Source of the DNA: Malacoraja senta | Taxonomy: Eukaryota | Reading direction: 5' to 3' | Assembly (NCBI GenBank): GCA_038087875.1 | Contig: JAXLNO010002254.1 | Location: 62,001 to 126,000 of the forward strand | DNA: 64,000 nt | Part shown: piece by piece, positions 12,492 through 24,212 of the stretch | Layout of the letters: every line of letters begins with the position of its first letter | Position numbering within the stretch: the first letter of the stretch is position 1 | Notes under the pieces: generated by a model | Told to the model about the DNA's origin: nothing | Database searches by the model: none | The model's input: only the letters and a program-made list of their open reading frames with translations | Made by a program: the position numbers and the translations under genes

Positions 12492-14202
12492 ATATTTTTT
12501 ATTTTTTTATTTTTTATTTATTTTTTAGAAGTATTTTACATTACAGTAATCTGCAATAACGTAAATTTATACAGTTCTTGTACCACTTCTGTTTTTCAAC
12601 TTTAATAGAAAAGAAGAATAGAAAGAACTAGCAAGGACAGTCAGTGAGTGAATGAAAAAGTGGTCCAGGAACACACATGTGAACCTAAACCACAAGAAAT
12701 AGTTAAAGAAGAAAAGAAAAAAAGAGAAAAAAGAAAATAAGATAGGACAATATGAAAGGGATGTGCCTTTTTCTTATCTGTACTCACCCCTCGCCAGGAC
12801 CTAAAACCATTTATTATCAACATTTTGTTGCACCCTATGTTTGTAATAGGTCGATATATGGAGACCAAATCTTTTGGAATTGGTCTTGTTTACCTGCTAG
12901 GAGGAATCTCATATCTTCTAGATGTAACAATTCCGACATATTAGAAGTCCACATTTTTATTGTTGGCGTAGGAGCATTTTTCCAAAATTTCAGTATTAAT
13001 TTTTTTGCCGTTATTAAGCCATAACTAAGAAAACTCCTTTGAAACGAAGTCAGCTCCAAACTTGCTTCTATTGTTCCAAAAATAATCAGTTCTGCATTCG
13101 GTTTCAGTTTTATTTAAAATAATTTAGTGAAAATTTCAAAAATTTCATTCCAAAATTTTTGAACTTTTATACAAAAAACAAAAGAATGTGCTGTAGTTGA
13201 TTCTTGGACTAGGCATTTATCACAGTTTGCAGAGGTATTTGGGTAAAATTTACTTAATTTAGCTTTTGAATAATATAATCTATGTAAAATTTTAAATTGA
13301 ATCAGAGTATGTCTTACGTTAATCGAACATTTATGCACATATAATAGATGTTTATCCCAACTCTCTTTCGAGATTTTTATAGCTAGTTCCTGTTTCCATT
13401 CTCTTCTGATCCCGTCCGATGATGGAATTTCTATATTTAAAATGGAATTATATAGGTATGATATTAAATTAGCTGATTCCGCTTTTATATTCATTATCCC
13501 ATCTAATAAGTCAGGAGAGATATTTTGATATTCCCGTGTATACTTTTTCAAATAGTCACGTAGTTGGAAATATTTAAAATATTGATTATTATTCAAGTTA
13601 TATTTAAGTTGTAATTGGTGAAATGTTAAAAAACTTCCGTTATCATACATATCTCCAAACGTTTTAATTCCTGCTCTTTCCCAATTTATAAAAGCTCTAT
13701 CTATCATAGAAGGTTTAAACGAAGGATTATTCATTATAGGTGAAAGAAGTGATAGATTTCTTAATTTTAACAATAATTTTATTTGTTTCCAAATTCTAAT
13801 TGTACTGTGAATAATTGGATTTTTACTATATATTGTATTCTTTATTTTTGTTGGTGAGAGAAGGATCGCTCCTATGTTAAAAGGGGAGCAGTCCTCTCTC
13901 TCCATTACTATCCAATCCACCTGCTGGGCCGAATTGTCCAACAGGTGAATCATATTTTTGACATTTGTGGCCCAGTAATAATATAAAAAATTGGGGAGTG
14001 ATAATCCACCAAATTCCTTAGGTTTACACAAATGTTTTCTTTGGATTCTGTGGGATTTATAGTCCCATATAAAATTTATAATATCAGCATCCAATTTTTT
14101 AAAAAAACATTTTGGGTAAGTATATCGGTATTGACTGGAATAGATATAAAATTTGTGGTAAAAAGATCATTTTTATAGCATTTATTCAGCCTATAAGAGA
14201 CA
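12492..14202 (-). mobile_element. 5'-truncated L1 (ORF2 C-terminus, 3' UTR, A-rich tail)
   Basis: ORF 13114-14094 is homologous to the C-terminus of ORF2 at 47122-50913 (CDKC..HSFVFC); TSD tcattggctatat at 12479-12491 and 14203-14215. Confidence 0.92.
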
Positions 14203-14988
14203 TCATTGGCTATATTTAAGAGGGATTTAGATGTGGCCCTTGTGGCTAAAGGGATCAGGGGGTATGGAGAGAAGGGAGGTACAGGATACTGAGTTGGATG
14301 GTCAGCCATGATCATATTGAATGGCGGTGCAGGCTCGAAGGGCCGAATGGCCTACTCCTGCACCTATTTTCTGTGTGTCTATGTTTCTAAAAGCAGGAAT
14401 GGGGTACTGATTCTAGATGCAGGCATGATCATATTGAATGGCGGTGCTGGCTCGAATGGCCGAATGGCCTACTCCTGTGCCTATTTTTCTATGTTTCTAT
14501 AATTAGTATACATTCGGCTATTTGTGGTGTTTCTTGAAAACACGAAGACGAGAGAATGTAAAGGATCTGCAGAACAACTAAAAGACTGCAGAAAGCAGCT
14601 TGAAAAGGAGGCTCTTCATCGATACAACATAATTATGTTTTATTCAGCTATCATTGTTTGTAGAGTTTCTTATTGGAATGAAAACATCATCCAAGTTTTG
14701 ACCTTTCCTTATTACTCCTGGTCCCAGGGGCATGGTTGGCATTAGCTCATTACCTTCATCCTAATAAAGGGTTGTTGTTCACAGTTGTGCCTAGATTTTT
14801 ATCAATTATAACCTTGAGTTCACAAACTGTTCTTTGTCTCTGGGCTAAAGTTCACAGACTCTCCTTTTCAAGGAGTGAGCAGTTTTAAGCAAACTGACTT
14901 CAGCAAATCCTTACAAATTCCATCAACCCCCCCCCCCCCCCACTTTGATTCATCAATCAATGCCAGAGGGAATGAATCATCTAAGTAA

Positions 14989-15662
14989 AGGGGCCTGTCC
15001 CACTTACGTGTCCTTGGAACGCAAATTACGCGTTGAGCCGCGATGGTCTGACGAAGGTCGGGTGCGATTACATGCGTACGCACAGCCGTCTGGAGCGTGT
15101 GACACATTATTTGAAGATGGACACAAAGCTGGAGTAAGCCAGTGGGACCGGCAGCATCTCTGGAGAGAAGCAATGGGTGACGTTTCATGTCGAGACTCTT
15201 CTTCAGTCTGAAAAGAAGGGTCTTGACCCGAAACGTCACCCATTGCTTCTCTCCAGAGATGCTGCCGGTCCCGCTGACATTTTGTGTCTATCTTCAATTT
15301 TCTTGGCCCCGCTCTGGGAGTAGAAGTGGGGGCGGATCCGGACCTCAACGGCCGTGAGCCCCAGGCCGAGTTCGGCGATCGTTTGCCTCCTTCTGCTGCT
15401 GTTCAAAGTGAGACTTTGCGTCGCGCCAGGGTCTTGGGCCTGTCCCACTTTGGCCGTCAGTTCCGCGACAGGCCGTTGGCGCGCGAAGATTTCGTTCACT
15501 ACAAAATTATCGGAGCCCCGCGCGATGTCGCGCACAACTACATACCCCTCCGCGCTTCCAAGTGGGACCGGCCCCGCGCGGCCATACGATGCCCGTGCGC
15601 CTCAACGCGACCACGAGGTCGCATAATTTGTGTACCAAGGACACGTAAGTGGGACAGGCCCT
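14989..15662. mobile_element. PIF/Harbinger-type MITE with nested inserts
   Basis: Terminal inverted repeats of about 40 bp (gggcctgtcccacttacgtgtccttgg..caaatta), TAA on both flanks (14986-14988, 15663-15665), and a third TIR-like start at about 15437. Confidence 0.75.
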
Positions 15663-16648
15663 TAAAAATATCAAGGAAAGGTAGCGCAGCTACACATCAC
15701 TGGATATCTTTAACCTGTTCAATGCCACCGCCGAGTACACTAGGGGTCATGGCCAATAGTGAAAAATAAACTTGGCAGTGAACAGCTTAATGGTCTCCAT
15801 ATTTTAGAGAAAGCCTTCAATGCCCATGAGGGGTGAGCCTTATTATATCTATGTTTCTCTAAATATAGGAAGCACTTTTGTGGTAAAAGATGGGTCAGCT
15901 CGGGCCTCGAAAAGATCCAACCTTATGTGCAGCTTTATATTTGTTTATATGCAATAAGCAAAAAGAACACAATAGAAGATAAAACATGATAATAACTATA
16001 AGCAAAGCCAAGAGATCGTGGCCTTACACGAGTTGCTGCCTTGCAGCACCAGAGACCCTGGTTTGAACCTGACTACGAGTGGTGACTGTACGGAGTTTGC
16101 ATGTTCTCCCCGTAACCTGTGTGGCTTTTCTCTGAGATGTAGGTAAATTGGCTTGGTGTAAATGTAAATTGTCCCTAGTATGGGCTGAAGGGCCTGTTTC
16201 AGCACTGTATCTCCAAAGCAGTGGGGGGGTCGTGACCCCCAAGGGGGTCGTTTGGGGTTTTCCGGGGGTCATGAAGGGGTTGTAAAGAACATCAATTTGT
16301 TGAGCCCATTTTTAGGAACCTAACAAAGGTACATACCACACACAGTTTTTTATTCACGTATGCGCGTACGTATACACGGGGCCTATGAGAGGGGGGTGCA
16401 GGGGGTACATCGTACCCGGGCTCGGAGTCCAAAAGGGGCCCGGGAGCTGAAGGAAGGGGGGGGGGGCGGGAATTTCCTGAAATCTCAGAAAATTTTTGCA
16501 TATATTTTGTGAAGACTAGCATTCACATTTTGTGCCTTCAGAGTTTTATATATCGTAATTCGTAGAAATTGTGATCCATAATAAAGCAGGGAATTTTCAC
16601 AAGCGGATGTGTGGTCGGGGTAACCTGATTAAAAGAGGGGGAAGGGGA

Positions 16649-17250
16649 AGACCCATCACTACTGATGGATCCTCCCTGTAGGAGGAGGGAGAGCACTAGG
16701 ACCCAGCAGAGTCATCACTACTGATGGGTCTTCTGTGTAGGTGGGGGGGAGCACTAGGACCCAACAGAGTCATCACTACTGATGGATCCTCCCTGTAGGA
16801 GGAGGGAGAGCACTAGGACCCAGCAGAGTCATCACTACTGATGGATCCTCCCTGTAGGAGGAGGGAGAGCACTAGGACCCAACAGAGTCATCACTACTGA
16901 TGGATCCTCCCTGTAGGAGGAGGGAGAGCACTAGGACCCAGCAGAGTCATCACTACTGATGGGTCTTCCGTGTGGGGGGGCAGGGGGGGGGAGCACTAGG
17001 ACCCAGCAGTCATCACTACTGATGGGTCTTCCCTGCAGGAGGGGGGAGAGCACTAGGACCCAGCAGAGTCATCACTACTGATGGGTCTTCCCTGCAGGAG
17101 TAGGGGGAGAGCACTAGGACACAGCAGAGTCATCAATACTGATGGGTCTTCCCTGCAGGAGGGGGGGGGAGAGCACTAGGACACAGCAGAGTCATCAATA
17201 CTGATGGGTCTTCCCTGCAGGAGGGGGGGGGGGAGCACTAGGAACCAGCA
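16649..17250. repeat. Minisatellite, about 10 copies of a unit of about 59 bp, inside the hAT element
   Basis: Unit agagtcatcactactgatgg(a/g)tc(c/t)tccctgtaggaggagggagagcactaggaccca(g/a)c, with variable G runs. Confidence 0.95.
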
Positions 17251-17539
17251 ATCAGACCATGTGCTGTCTGCATGGTTTAGGTTGTGGGCCTGGTGCTATG
17301 CCGGGAACTCTGGTGAGGTGATGGCTCTGGCCCGCTGGTGGCCGGTGGAGAGGCGAGGGTCGGCAGAGTCGCTGGTGGAGGCCCGTGGGGAGCTGGAGTA
17401 GAGATATGGGCAGCAGCATCATTGGCTTTCTGAAGACAGTGAAGGTCGGCGACAGTGGCTGCGGTGGCCTCGCCCGGGGAGGTGGTGAGAGTCAGGAGCC
17501 GCGGCTGTTTCAGTGGTCCGGGCCTGGGTTTGGGTCAGT

Positions 17540-17645
17540 GTGTGGATGGGTGGGTGTGAGTGAGTGGGTGAGGGTGTGTGTGTGTGTGTGTGGATGTGTG
17601 TGGGTGTAGGTGAGTGAGTGTGTGTCTGAGTGTATGTGTGTGTTA
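17540..17645. repeat. GT-rich microsatellite
   Basis: Imperfect (GT)n/(GAGT)n run. Confidence 0.9.
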
Positions 17646-17879
17646 GTGGGAGGGTGAATTTTATAAATGAAGTTAAAACCATTAGATCTGTTGAACTTGT
17701 TAACAGACTATTGACTTGGTAACCTGTTTCCAAATGTTTGTGTTAGCTTCAGAATACTATTAACAATTCCAGCAACAGTAGCTTCTGCAGAGGTCATTTA
17801 GCAAACTCAAGCTGATTAAGAATTATTTAAGGTCGACATTGTCTCATGAACGTCTTGTGGATTTGGCCAGGCTAAGTAT

Positions 17880-18365
17880 TCAAAGTCAAAGTCAGTTTTA
17901 TTCATCACATACACCCGAAGGTGCAGTGAAGTGAATTTGCCAGCAGTGATACACGTAAAAAGAACACACAATACACAATAAAATTGAACACAAACATCCA
18001 CTACAGCATTCTTCACTGTGGTGGAAGGCAACAAGTTTCAGCCAGTCCTCCTCCTTTGTTCACCTGTGTTCGGGGCCATAACCCCTCCGTAGTCGCATCT
18101 AGGGACGGACCAATGTACAAGGCCCTCTCGTCGGGATGATCCAAACTCTGACGTTGGGACGGACAAACACACTCTGCGGCTTGGAGGTCCCGACTCGGCA
18201 CTTTCCTAGTGGAGACCGCAGCTTCAGGATGTTATAGGCCGCAGGCCAGCGGTTCGAGCTCGTCTCTGGTGATCCCCGGCAAGGGATCCCAGGATCCGGA
18301 TGGTAAGTCCACGCCACGCCCGCGGCTAGAAGCTCCGCAGACCACAGCTCCACGGTGTCAACGTA
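17880..18365 (-). mobile_element. Unclassified non-autonomous retroelement, copy 1 (others at about 20945-21640 and 27160-27640)
   Basis: Shares tttatt(c/g)tcacat..acc, catcca..cttcactgtg(g/a)tggaaggc and gatggtaagtcc blocks with the other two copies; GC-rich body, no ORF. Confidence 0.6.
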
Positions 18366-18977
18366 TTGAATCAATAGTATTGAATCATACATTGCCAGAA
18401 CAATACATTTTCATGCTGTGATTTGACATTTTTCACACAAAAAAGGCCAGGAAAGCTCTTTATATAAAGTAAATTTATATAATAAATCTTTTACTTTTTA
18501 CAAATAATTATGTCTTTTGATGATATGAACTGCATTGAAACATAAAAGGATGTTTCAATGTGAATTCTTTCTCCTTATCTGTATTGTAGCATAAACAAAG
18601 ATGTTCACAACAAAGGTAGATAAAATGCTGGAGAAACTCAACGGGTGAGGCAGCATCTATAGAGTGAAGGAAGACAAATGTGCTTGCTGATCCTTTTATG
18701 TTATTTATACTTATTTATATTTATCATGGAGGGTGTATAGGGACATAAGGCCTCAAATGCAGAAAATCAACAGAGCGCCCCATTCCACCCCTCTCTCATC
18801 TTCCGTACCCCTTTTTGCCGTGCAGGCTACAGCTCATGGCATAAAACTGTAGCATAGTGGATAAAAACAGGATGACTAATGGAGAAGGGAAGGGGGCCCA
18901 AAATAAACTTTGTACCCACTGATAAAATTCCTCTGAGGCCCTGCGTATACACGCACAAACAGTGTGTGTTGTGAACC

Positions 18978-20726
18978 ATGTCTTCCAAGACGCGCATGTA
19001 TAGTGAAACATTTCACAAGTTGGGCTTCACAAGCATTGTTCCAAATCCGTGGTCAAGCTGCAATGTGTTCTCTGTGCCAAGGTGTTGAGTCACGAGAGCA
19101 TGAAGCCCAGCAAACTGAAGATCCATTTGGAGTCTTGTCACAGCAACCTGGCGGGGAAGAGCGTGGACTATTTCAAACGAAAAGAAGCCATAACTCAAGG
19201 GATCCCGCATCTATTCAACGGGTCACTGTGCTCATCAAAATGAAGCAGCGTTGGAGGCTTCATACCGGATTGCTTATCGAATCGCACAGACTAAGAAACC
19301 TCACAGCATCGGTGAAGAGCTTATCAAGCCATGCCTTCTCGAAACAGCGAAGTTGGCGCTGGGGGAAGAGCAGTCAAACAAGTTCAGGCAGATTTCCCTT
19401 TTGAATGACACAGTCAAAAGTAGAATCTCGGATATGAGTAATGATATTCTGCTGCAAGTAGTGAGGGCTGTGACGAGCAGTCCAGTGTATTCACTGCAAC
19501 TGGGCGAGTCAACAGATGTTGCCTCATGTTCCCAACTGCTAGTCTACATTCGTTACCTCGATGGAGTAGCCATGACGGAGGAGTACATGTTCTCGGAGCC
19601 ATTGGCTACTACCACTCGGGGAGAAGATGTGTTCAGAATGCTGGAAGCCTTCCTCATCAAACATGAGCTTGGCTGGAAATGCCTTGTTGGGATGTGTACA
19701 GATGGGGCACCTTCCATGGTCGGTTGCAGATCCGGTTTCCAAGACTTCGTGAATGATGTCGCTCCACATGTCTCCTTCCCCCACTGCATGATACATCGCT
19801 ATGCTTTAGCGATGAAGACTCTCCCTCTTGGTCTTCGAGAAGTGCTTTCAGATGTGGTGAAGATTGTGAACCACATCCGAGAGAGTGCAACAAACTCAAG
19901 AATCTTCAAGCGATGTGTGAAGAAATGGGCATCGATTTCACTATTCTGTTATTCCACACAGAGGTGCGCTGGCTTTTGCGTGGTAAAGTTCTCAATCATG
20001 TGATTCAACGTTGAGAGGAAATAGTGTTGTTCTTGGAGAGAAGGGGTACTGAGAAGGAGAATCAGCTTCATGAAAAGATGCAAGTTGAACTGTTCGTGAT
20101 GAAGGTTGCTTACTTGGTTGACTTCTTCGCTGAGGTGAATTCCTTGAACCTGTCGCTTCAAGGAATCCTCCCAATGGCATTCAGGAGGAACCTTTACCAG
20201 AGAACAGACGGTGACATGGCTATCTTCCCTGAGATGACGACTCTCCTGGATGCTACGCCTGATGCTGAATGCCACTTCCACGAGGAGATCTCAACCCACC
20301 TTCTGGCAATTAGTGAACCCATCGAACGTTACTTCCCCAGACTGGACGACCGCTCTCGTGATGAGTGGATGCTCTGACCCTTTTCCGTTGAAGACGGTGG
20401 CATCAGCGATACTGACGTGACCGAAGGTTGAATTTTACTGAATTCGTGAAGATGCGCAACTCAAGAGTGACTTCATGGAACAAGAGCTCGCCACGTTTTG
20501 GCTGAAAGTGAAGGAATGTCCTGCTCTTTCGAAGAGGGCCCTGACCCTATTGGTCCATTCCCCCTCAACCTCTCACTGTGAGGGTGGATTCTCAACTATG
20601 GTAACTCTGAAAACGAAGGTACGCAATAGGCTTGTGATCGACACTGACATGAGGTGCTGCCTGTCGAGCATTCGTCCACGTTTTGATTGCCTGATGACTG
20701 CGAAGCAATTTCAGCCATCCCATTGA
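18978..20726 (+). pseudogene. hAT transposase pseudogene (BED finger, DDE core, dimerisation domain; ZBED8/SCAND3/FAM200-like family)
   Basis: ATG at 18978. Fragments: QCVLCAKVLSHESMKPSKLKIH; KKPHSIGEELIKP; ESTDV..QLLVYIRY; CTDGAPSM; HCMIHRYALA; FWLKV..STSHCEGGFSTM. Spread over several frames. Confidence 0.93.
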
Positions 20727-20944
20727 CTGAGCAATGGCAGACATGTTTTAATAAATCGGGCTGTTTTTTTTCAAATTTTGTTTCAGAGGTCACGGTACTG
20801 ATCAAGAATGCCTGATGGGGTCGTGGGGCCAAAAAGGTTAAGAACCACTGCTCTAAAGCTTAAAACTAAAGGGGCTAATAAAGGCCACAAAGTGGCTTTA
20901 GTGAGTCGGATTACAGAAAATCCCACATCTTTTTCATGGTTTCA

Positions 20945-21640
20945 TGGTTAGTTTATTGTCACATATACCAATTAAGGTACATTGAAATGCAGACTACCAT
21001 ACACCATACTAAAAAAAAGCAACAAGACACACAATAACATAAAAGTTAACATAAACATCCACAACAGAGGAGCCCGCACGTTCCTTACTGTGATGGAAGG
21101 CAATAAAGTCTAATCTCCTTCCTCTTTATCTCCCGCAGTCGGGGCAATCAAACAATCTGCAGTCGGTGGTCGAAACCCCCCGTTGAGGAATCGAAACTCC
21201 CACGTCGGAGCGGTCGAAACTCTTGCGGCTTGGAGATCCCGGATGTCGGTCTCGACCGTAGACCACGGGCTCCGCGATGTTAAAGTCTTGCAGGCTCTCA
21301 CAGTTGGAGCCCTAAAGTCGATCCCCGACAGGGATCGCGAGCTCCATGATGGTAAGTCCACAGGCTCCTGCGATGGATCTCCCGGTCGATCTCTAGCAAA
21401 GGCCGCCATTCATCAATGTTAGGCCGCATTGTGGACGGAGATACGATACAGAAAATATCGCATCTACGTCGAGGTAAGAGATTAGGAAAAGTTTCCCACA
21501 ACTCCCCCAACCCCCACCCCCAAAACAAGCTAAAGAAAACTAAAGAATATACATTTAACACGTACAAAACAGACACAAAGAAGGAAGGGACAGACGACTT
21601 TTGGCGAGGCAACCATTGCAGCAAAAGGTGGATTGCTTAA
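20945..21640 (-). mobile_element. Unclassified non-autonomous retroelement, copy 2 (longest)
   Basis: On - it ends ..tcaatgtaccttaattggtatatgtgacaataaa, resembling the tails of Rex1-type fragments here; its GC-rich core is shared with 17880 and 27160. Confidence 0.6.
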
Positions 21641-21649
21641 GGATATAGA

Positions 21650-22530
21650 AGGGAATATGTGCTTGGAGTTTGGCGAGGTTTGGTTTCACCAAGGAAGACA
21701 TGTAGAATAGTAAGGACCATTAATAGTAAGTACATCATAAAATCCTCCAACATTTTTGCCACCTCCAACGGGATCCCACTACTGATCACATCTTCCCATC
21801 TCCACCCGTTTCTGCTTTCCGCAGAGACCGTTCCCTCCGAAACTCCCTGGTCAACTCGTCCCTTCACACCCAAACCACCCGCTCCCCGGATACTTTCTCC
21901 TGCAACTGCAGGAGATGCAACACCTGTCCCTTTATGTCCCCCCCTCGACTCCGTCCAAGGACCTAAAGTCTTTCCAGGTGAGGCAGAAGTTCACTTGCAC
22001 CTCTTCCAACCTCATCTACTGTATCCGCTGTTTCAGTTGTCAACTTCTCTACATCAGTGAGACCAAGCGCAGGCTCGGCGATCGTTTTGTTGAACACTTC
22101 CCCTCAGTCCGTCTTACCCTACCCGATCTCCCGGTGGCTCAGCACTTCAACTCCCCCTCCCATTTCCAATCTGACCTTTCTGTCCTGGGCCTCCTCCATT
22201 GTCAGAGTGAGGCCCAGCCCAAATTGGAGGAACAGCACCTCATATTTTGCTTGGGTAGTGTATACTCCAGCGGTATGAACATTGACTTCTATTACTTTCG
22301 ATAGCCCTTGATTTCTCTCTCCATCCCCTCCCCCTTCCCAATTCTGCCACCAGTCTTACTGTCTCCGCCGACATTCTATCTTTGTCCCTCCCCTGACATC
22401 AGTCTGAAGAAGGGTCTCGACCCAAAACAATGCCCATTCCTTCTCTCCAGGGAAGCTGCCTGACCCGCTGAGTTACGCCAGCATTTTGTGTCTCTCTACG
22501 ATTTTAACATCTGCAGCATCTGCAGTTCTT
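21650..22530 (+). mobile_element. Penelope-like element 3' fragment (GIY-YIG plus terminal repeat)
   Basis: ORF 21915-22304 reads FTCTSSNLIYCIRC..QLLYISETKRRLGDRFVEH..KLEEQHLIF; hammerhead-like ctgaagaagggtctcgacccaaaac at about 22404-22428. Confidence 0.88.
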
Positions 22531-22569
22531 TCTTACACATGGAGAATCAATGTGGAGAATGCTAACATG

Positions 22570-23110
22570 CAGGGACACTTTGAAGTTAAGCAAGAAGGAG
22601 ATGTTGGATCACTTGAAGAGAAATGTGGATAAATCCCCAGGATAGAGGGGTGTAGTGGATGATAATAATAATCGTTGAAAACATTAGTGCCGTGCTGGTT
22701 TCCGATGGGCACGGTGACGGACGCACCACACATCTCTCCTCCATGCAACTGGCAAGCTCCTCTTTTATCTCTACACATGCGTCTTCCATCAACGTCTTCT
22801 GCATCATCTTGATTGGCCGTCCTGGGTCAAGTCTTCCATGGGTGGGTTCCCACAGCACAACCTTGTTTGCTGGCATTTCTGGGTGGCGGAGCCAGTGACC
22901 TGCGAGCCTCATCCTTCTCAACGTGATCTTCTCGGTCAGAGGTGGATTCTCCCCATAGAGCTGGGCGTTGGTGATGTGGTCCCTCCATCTGACATTTTGA
23001 ACTTTTCCGAGCATTCGGGTGTAGGTACCATCGAGAGACTAGGACAGTGCTGGAGTGAGAGTCCATGCCTCACACCCGTACAATAATATGGTCTCTACAG
23101 TTGTACGGAA
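22570..23110 (-). mobile_element. RTE-clade LINE 3' fragment
   Basis: ORF 22586-23014 reads NVRWRDHITNAQLYG..RRMRLAGHWLRH..VVLWEPTHG..GRP, typical of the RTE C-terminus, with an ATT/ATC-repeat tail. Confidence 0.8.
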
Positions 23111-23272
23111 GGCCAAATATTCAGGCTGTAGTTCAGTGACAAGTAGAGTTCTGCAGGGATCTGTGCTGTGACCCTTGCTACTTGTGACATATATAAATGA
23201 CTTGGACCCTGGTGTTCAGAAATTACCCAGTCATAACAATTAATCAAATAATGATTTTTATTTTTATTTCAG

Positions 23273-23546
23273 ATTATCACTACGTTCAAGGACAGTTTGG
23301 TTGTGAGGTGAACGATCACAGTCCCACTGTAGGGATATTGAAGTTGGCTTTTGATGGAAGATATGCATTTAGTTTTGATAAGGACAAACTAAAGTGGACG
23401 GTGCATGATCCAATAGCTGAGCTTCAAAGAGAAATGGGACAAGAATGAAAAAATGAACCGTTATTTCAAGAGCTTGTTAGAACATGACTGTGTGGATCTA
23501 TGGCTTACATACTATGCAATTGGAAAGACATACCTGACCAGAAAAG
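23273..23546 (+). CDS. MHC class I alpha2 exon (274 nt, frameshift near 23422)
   Basis: Acceptor tttcAG at 23271-23272 and donor GTgagt at 23547. Frame 1: (N)YHYVQGQFGCEV..AFDGRYAFSFDKDKLKWTVHDPIAE. Frame 2: FKEKWDKNEKMNRYFKSLLEHDCVDLWLTYYAIGKTYLTRK. Both C101 and C164 are present. Confidence 0.93.
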
Positions 23547-24212
23547 GTGAGTTCAGAACAAAGGATGTTGTTTTGTGATGGTAGGCAATGAGTAATATTT
23601 CACTCTGAGGCAATGAGTAATATTATCTCTGACCCAATCATGACAGAGGGAAAGGTCATTCGGCCCATTGATTCTATGCTAGTTTTCTATGCAATGTCGA
23701 CAAACTGTTCCACAGCTCTCTCTCACAACTTGCACTCAGCTCCCTCGGATTCTCCTTGCATTCAGCTCTACGACGGATAATTTGCAATGTCCAACTAACT
23801 CACCGGCACGTCTTTGGTATACGGGACAAAACTGGAGCACATGGAGGAAGCCAACTGAGTCATAAGGTCATAAGTGATGGGTGCAGCATTAGAACATTCG
23901 GCCCATCAAGTCGACTTCGCCAGTCAATCATGGCTGATCTATCTCTCCCTCCTAACCCCATTCTCCTGCCTTCTCCCCATAACCCCTGACGTGCATACTA
24001 ATCAAGAATTAAAAATATCCATTGACGGACTCCACAGCCTTCTGTGGTAAATAATTCCACAGAATCACCACCCTCTGACAAAATAAATTCCTCCTCATCT
24101 CTTTCCTAAAGGAATGTCCTTTAATATTGAGACTATGACCTCTCGTCATAGACTCTCCCACCATTGGAGACATCCTCTCCACATCCACATCTATCCAAGC
24201 CTTTCACTATTT

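Larger units (their letters stand above)
16219..20850 (+). mobile_element. hAT (Charlie/Buster-type) DNA transposon, 4.6 kb, decayed
   Basis: Ends cagtgg..ccactg (left TIR partly deleted). The 8-bp TSD is ctccaaag 16211-16218 / ctctaaag 20851-20858; removing the element restores a SINE tail ctgtatctctaaag..ctaaa. Confidence 0.88.

Noticed and set aside
16649-17250. Regular repeat arrays (59-bp here, 24-bp at 38420) as CRISPR-like arrays
   Set aside because: Units are contiguous with no unique spacers, the context is eukaryotic, and there are no cas genes.
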